A stretch of 20,000 nucleotides of DNA from an uncultured virus (IMG/VR IMGVR_UViG_3300020469_000045) (Duplodnaviria > Heunggongvirae > Uroviricota > Caudoviricetes): IMG/VR virus record IMGVR_UViG_3300020469_000045, one strand, 5' to 3'. The notes under the pieces are model-generated. The model saw only the letters and a program-made list of their open reading frames with translations, did no database searches and had not been told where the DNA came from. Made by a program: the position numbers and the translations under genes. This document shows positions 16,166 through 20,000 of this stretch, piece by piece. Position 1 is the first letter of the stretch; each line of letters starts with the position of its first letter.

Positions 16166-16574
16166 ATGCACAATAGATAGAGTAGTAGATGGAGATACTG
16201 TAGACGCTACTCTTGATTTAGGATTTTCTGTTTTATACAAAAGTAGAGTAAGGCTTTTTGGCATAGATACTCCTGAGTCTAGAACAAGAAATAAAGATGA
16301 AAAAGCTAGAGGTAAACTAGCTGCTAAATTTTTAAGTGATGCTATAGATAAAGCAGATACTGTAGTTATACGTACAGAACTAAGAGACTCTAGAGGAAAG
16401 TTTGGCAGAGTTTTAGGCACAATTGTTTGTGATGATATAGATATAAATAATTCTATGATAGAAAATTTTATGGCAGCAAAATATTTTGGTCAAAACAAAA
16501 CTGCAATAGAAGCTGTACATCAATCTAATAGAACTAAACTTATTGAGTTAGGTTTGTTTGAGCCTGTTGAATAA
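16152..16574 (+). CDS. Thermonuclease (staphylococcal nuclease-like, SNase)
   Basis: RVVDGDTVD, RVRLFGIDTPES and GKFGRVLG contain the SNase catalytic and Ca-binding motifs; no signal peptide. Confidence 0.92.
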   Translation: MYEYKCTIDRVVDGDTVDATLDLGFSVLYKSRVRLFGIDTPESRTRNKDEKARGKLAAKFLSDAIDKADTVVIRTELRDSRGKFGRVLGTIVCDDIDINNSMIENFMAAKYFGQNKTAIEAVHQSNRTKLIELGLFEPVE

Positions 16575-16924
16575 TGGACGATATTGTAAAGTTAATAACT
16601 GAGTTAGGATTTCCTGTTGCTGCAGCATTAGGACTAGGTGTATTTGTTTGGAAACTAATTAATAGAATTATAGACGGCATGGAATCTAAGATTGATGTTG
16701 TTGATGATAAAGTAAATGAACAATTAAAAGCTATGGAAGGTAGGCTAGATGCTAAATTAGAAGCACAACATGGAATATTGATTGCTTTGATAGACAGAGT
16801 TAGAAGTGTAGATAATGAAATTATTAGACAAGATACTTTACTTAAGACTATGTTAGGTGTACCTAATCTAGTACAGAACGATAAAATAGCAAAGGCAGAT
16901 AGAGATGACCAAAGAAAAGATTAA
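16574..16924 (+). CDS. Inner-membrane protein with an N-terminal TM helix and coiled coil (holin-like or csg-cassette-associated)
   Basis: 116 aa; ITELGFPVAAALGLGVFVWKLI TM segment, then a heptad-rich region; overlaps csgF by 20 nt. Confidence 0.65.
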   Translation: MDDIVKLITELGFPVAAALGLGVFVWKLINRIIDGMESKIDVVDDKVNEQLKAMEGRLDAKLEAQHGILIALIDRVRSVDNEIIRQDTLLKTMLGVPNLVQNDKIAKADRDDQRKD

Positions 16925-17447
16925 AAGAAAAAGAGGCAGACCTTCTAATGCAGAACTAGTTGCTAGAAAGAAAGCAAGAGATAAAGACGTAGCTTTAATT
17001 ATTTGTATGTATGTTGGTTTATTTATAGTCATAGCATTTTGTGTAAATCTAGCATTAGCTGATGAAATGAATTTTAAATTTAAGTCACCAAGCTTTTCAG
17101 GTATCAATACATCTCAACATTATTTAACAATAGAAAATCAAGAACATACTAGATATAAAACATTGCAAGAAGAAGTAGAAGCTTTAGTAGAACAGGCAGA
17201 AAGAGATGAACAGAATACTACAACTGCAAGATTTATAAGAAACTTTGAAACAAGAGTTTATGCAAAATTATCTCAACAATTAGTTGATAAGTTGTTTGGA
17301 GAAACTGCACAAGATAACGGGACAATAGAACTTGAGGGGAATACTATTGACTATAAGGTTGATGAAACCAATATAATTTTGACAGTTACTAATGAAGCTA
17401 ACAAACAAACAGTTATTACTTTTCCTCTTAATAGTTTTACTTTCTAG
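16905..17447 (+). CDS. csgF: Curli assembly protein CsgF homolog
   Basis: Hydrophobic signal ending ALA|DE. The mature N-terminus EMNFKFKSPSFSG aligns with E. coli CsgF TMTFQFRNPNFGG, followed by a helix (RFIRNFETRVYAKLSQQLVDKLFG) and beta C-domain (IILTVTNE..KQTVI.FP). Directly upstream of csgG. Confidence 0.85.
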   Translation: MTKEKIKRKRGRPSNAELVARKKARDKDVALIICMYVGLFIVIAFCVNLALADEMNFKFKSPSFSGINTSQHYLTIENQEHTRYKTLQEEVEALVEQAERDEQNTTTARFIRNFETRVYAKLSQQLVDKLFGETAQDNGTIELEGNTIDYKVDETNIILTVTNEANKQTVITFPLNSFTF

Positions 17448-18195
17448 CTGTACTGTCTTTTATGATGATGCTTTACAAAATCAAAAGATTTCAAAGTATG
17501 CTGAAAGAGTTGGAGTTATTAATAAAGAAATAGAGACTATTTTACCGGCAGATAAAAAACCTATAGTAGCTATATACCCAACTTCTTTTACAGACCAAAC
17601 AGGACAAAGAAGAAGTAATAGTAATTTTGCAACGTTTAGCACAGCAGTCACACAAGCACCATATGTGCTTTTGATAAAGACTTTAAAAGCTGTATCTAAC
17701 GGAGAGTTTTTTGAAGTTGTAGAAAGAATAGGTTTAGATAATCTAACTAAAGAAAGACAACTAATAAGAAATACCAGAGAAACATTTGATGACCCACAAA
17801 AATTAAAACCATTAGTTTTTGCAGGTCTTATAATGGAAGGAGCTATAGTCGGCTATGAAACCAATACAAGAAGTGGAGGTCGTGGAGCTAGACTTTTAGG
17901 TATAGGGTTATCAAAACAATATAGACAAGATACTGTCACACTGTCTTTGAGAACTGTATCTGTTTTAACCGGTAGAGTTTTAATAGAAGTTACAGTATCA
18001 AAAACTATATTAAGTGTTGGAACTAATCAAGACGCTTTTAGATTTATAGAAAATAAAACCGAATTGATTGAAATAGAAAATGGTGATGTAGAAAATGAAA
18101 GCGTAACGATAGCTGTACAAGCAGCAATTGAAGAAGCTATTTTGTCTACAATCAAAAAAGGAATTGAAAAACAATATTGGAGCTATAAAGAATGA
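17392..18195 (+). CDS. csgG: Curli secretion channel CsgG homolog (outer-membrane lipoprotein)
   Basis: Lipobox LSSC (Cys20). FTDQTGQ...FSTAVTQ, VVERIGLDNLTKERQLIR, MEGAIVGYETNTRSGGRGARLLGIG.SKQYRQDTVTLSLRTVSVLTG.VL..V.VSKTILS are collinear with E. coli CsgG. Confidence 0.95.
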   Translation: MKLTNKQLLLFLLIVLLSSCTVFYDDALQNQKISKYAERVGVINKEIETILPADKKPIVAIYPTSFTDQTGQRRSNSNFATFSTAVTQAPYVLLIKTLKAVSNGEFFEVVERIGLDNLTKERQLIRNTRETFDDPQKLKPLVFAGLIMEGAIVGYETNTRSGGRGARLLGIGLSKQYRQDTVTLSLRTVSVLTGRVLIEVTVSKTILSVGTNQDAFRFIENKTELIEIENGDVENESVTIAVQAAIEEAILSTIKKGIEKQYWSYKE

Positions 18196-18899
18196 AAAAG
18201 TATTTACCAGTAATTATTTTTTTAAGTATAAATATTTTTGCTACAGACAATGAAATATCTATAGACCAAGCAGGAGCTACGGCAAATATAGATATTGAGC
18301 AGCTTGGGTCTGGAAACTTAATCGGTGGAGCTACTGCTGTATCAGGTACTATGACACCATTAGATTTAGATGGTGCAACAATGACACTTGATGTAAACCA
18401 ACTAGGTAATTCAAATATATTTAAAGGCGATATATATGCTGATAGTTATACAGGCTTTTTTGAATTTACCGGAGACTCTAATACATTTGCCATACAGACA
18501 GACCCTAATAATACTTATGGTGCAGACAGTTCTAATATAAATGTACAAGTGTCTGGGTCATCAAATGCTTTTACTTTTAATCAGGCGACTAATGCACAAG
18601 CTTCTACATTAGATTTAGATTGGACAATAAATGGCTCTAATAATTCAATTACATCTGCAATTGACCAAGACTTAGCTACAAACTATATGAACATAGATGG
18701 GTCTGATAATACTGTGACATTTGATGGTGACGGGTATCAAGGAGCATATTTTCATTTGACTCATACAGGAGGGTCAAGAACAATAAATGTTACACAACAA
18801 AGCACACTTGATAATGATTGGCTTAAGATTACTTCTAATGGCTCTAATGGTACTTTCTGTGTCAATCAAAACGACCAAGGCACTAGCACAAGCTGTTGA
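18192..18899 (+). CDS. Secreted curlin-like repeat (beta-solenoid) protein
   Basis: Sec signal peptide (MKKYLPVIIFLSINIFA) and repeated strand-G-x-x-N arcs: NIDIEQLGSGN, TLDVNQLGNSN, GFFEFTGDSN, NINVQVSGSSN, DWTINGSNN, YMNIDGSDN. N/Q/G/S/T/D-rich; immediately after csgG. Confidence 0.72.
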   Translation: MKKYLPVIIFLSINIFATDNEISIDQAGATANIDIEQLGSGNLIGGATAVSGTMTPLDLDGATMTLDVNQLGNSNIFKGDIYADSYTGFFEFTGDSNTFAIQTDPNNTYGADSSNINVQVSGSSNAFTFNQATNAQASTLDLDWTINGSNNSITSAIDQDLATNYMNIDGSDNTVTFDGDGYQGAYFHLTHTGGSRTINVTQQSTLDNDWLKITSNGSNGTFCVNQNDQGTSTSC

Positions 18900-19932
18900 T
18901 ATAGGAACTGTAGAACAAGTATCAGGATATGCCAGAATAGAACGTGACAAAAATTATGATGTAATTACAGACTTTGGCATACAGTCTTACGACAAAGCAC
19001 AAACAGAAGCAGGTCGTATGGGTATTAGATTTATAGACGATACAAGTATTCGGATTACTGAACATTCAATGGTAGTCATAGATGAATTTGTATTTGATGC
19101 AAACCCAGATAATTCTAGATTAGCTTTAAATTTTGTAAAAGGTACAGCAAGATTTACTTCAAGTCTTACTAATAAAATATCTAAAAAAAATATAAAGCTT
19201 ACAACAAATAGTGCAGTAGTAGGAATTAGAGGAACAGACTTTACAATAACAGTAGAGCCAGATACAGGAAAAAGTTTGTTTATATTATTACCTGACAAAG
19301 ATGGCAACCCATCAGGCGAAATATCTGTGACAACAGCAATGGGTACAGTAATACTTAATAAACCTTATCAGGCTACAACTACTAGAGTTTATGAAGCTCC
19401 ACCAAGTAATCCGGTTATTTTAGATTTGTCTTTGGATTTTATAAACAATATGTTATTGATTGCTCCACCCGAAGAAGATAAGGATATAGAAGAAAATACT
19501 GAAAAAAAACAAGAGAATAATTTATTAGATTTTGATGAACTAGATGTAGATTATTTAGCTGATGATTCGCTAGATAAAGACGAACTAGAATTTACAGAAT
19601 TAGACTATGATGCTTTGAATGTAAATTTTTTAGAAGATTTGTTAGATATAATTACTGAACTTGATGTTTTAGATAATGAGAAAGAATTAACTCAAACAAT
19701 ATCAGCAGTAAATATAGAAGGCACTACTATAGGGCAAGACCAAAAAACACAAATAACTACAATAGTTTCTGGACAAGAAGTAAAATTAACAAGGTCAGTC
19801 GCTTCATCTACATCAATACAAATAGATAGTGGAGAAAGCTACTTAGTAGTTTTAGAACAAGATGGTGTCACTAATCAAGTTAAAGTAAATGGTGGTGGCT
19901 CTTCTGTAATTGTAATAAGGCAAAGTCAATGA
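18787..19932 (+). CDS. Exported FecR-domain protein with an acidic C-terminal region (start may be 18787, 18814 or 18838)
   Basis: Signal peptide ending ALAQA; FecR-type beta domain (IGTVEQVSG, GRMGIRFIDDTSIRITEHS.VVIDEFVFD, NFVKGTARFTS, AVVGIRGTDF); long D/E/L-rich tract; C-terminal GGSSVIVIRQ strand. Confidence 0.8.
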   Translation: MLHNKAHLIMIGLRLLLMALMVLSVSIKTTKALAQAVDIGTVEQVSGYARIERDKNYDVITDFGIQSYDKAQTEAGRMGIRFIDDTSIRITEHSMVVIDEFVFDANPDNSRLALNFVKGTARFTSSLTNKISKKNIKLTTNSAVVGIRGTDFTITVEPDTGKSLFILLPDKDGNPSGEISVTTAMGTVILNKPYQATTTRVYEAPPSNPVILDLSLDFINNMLLIAPPEEDKDIEENTEKKQENNLLDFDELDVDYLADDSLDKDELEFTELDYDALNVNFLEDLLDIITELDVLDNEKELTQTISAVNIEGTTIGQDQKTQITTIVSGQEVKLTRSVASSTSIQIDSGESYLVVLEQDGVTNQVKVNGGGSSVIVIRQSQ

Positions 19933-20000
19933 GTAAAATTTTATTAGGTGTAATAGCAGTTTTGATTTCTATATGTGGATTTTTGTATTGGCAAAATTCT
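19929..20000 (+). CDS. 3'-truncated ORF with an N-terminal TM helix (possible i-spanin-like)
   Basis: MSKILLGVIAVLISICGFLYWQNS...; ATGA overlap with the FecR gene; only 24 codons are visible. Confidence 0.5.
   Translation, partial: MSKILLGVIAVLISICGFLYWQNS

Noticed and set aside
938..19307. All minus-strand ORFs in the supplied track
   Set aside because: Each lies mostly or wholly antisense to a well-supported + strand gene and has no recognisable motif; they are shadows of codon bias.
16574..19932. Curli genes as flanking host chromosome (prophage boundary) or contamination
   Set aside because: Genes overlap continuously with the phage ORFs on the same strand, share the GATC and CCAG[CGT] avoidance, and no att site or integrase is visible. 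Read-level confirmation is still desirable.
1..20000. Alternative genetic code (stop-codon reassignment)
   Set aside because: TAA, TAG and TGA all end genes at sensible boundaries, and coding density is near complete with the standard code.

Overview
AT-rich window from a tailed dsDNA bacteriophage genome, most likely a marine, short-tailed, uvMED/pelagiphage-like lineage (inferred from protein resemblance, not a search). All credible genes are on the + strand and densely packed, many with ATGA/TAATG stop-start overlaps. Order: (1) head module with a partial GroES-like co-chaperonin, scaffold-like protein, Mu gpT-like major capsid protein, a strong terminator and a pseudoknotted RNA element; (2) a cluster of very small Lys/Arg/Gly-rich proteins; (3) neck/tail genes, including two paralogous 'fibre with S74 chaperone + tip protein' cassettes flanking an insert that has its own predicted promoter, an unknown ORF and two 2OG-Fe(II) oxygenases; (4) small membrane proteins and a thermonuclease; (5) a curli-like (type VIII secretion) cassette: membrane protein, CsgF, CsgG lipoprotein, a secreted curlin-repeat protein and a FecR-domain protein, followed by a truncated membrane-anchored ORF. 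The curli-like cassette is the most interesting system. By manual reading the window also lacks GATC and nearly lacks CCAG[CGT]. No CRISPR, tRNA, rRNA, integrase or transposase was seen. All family assignments come from recognising motifs by eye.
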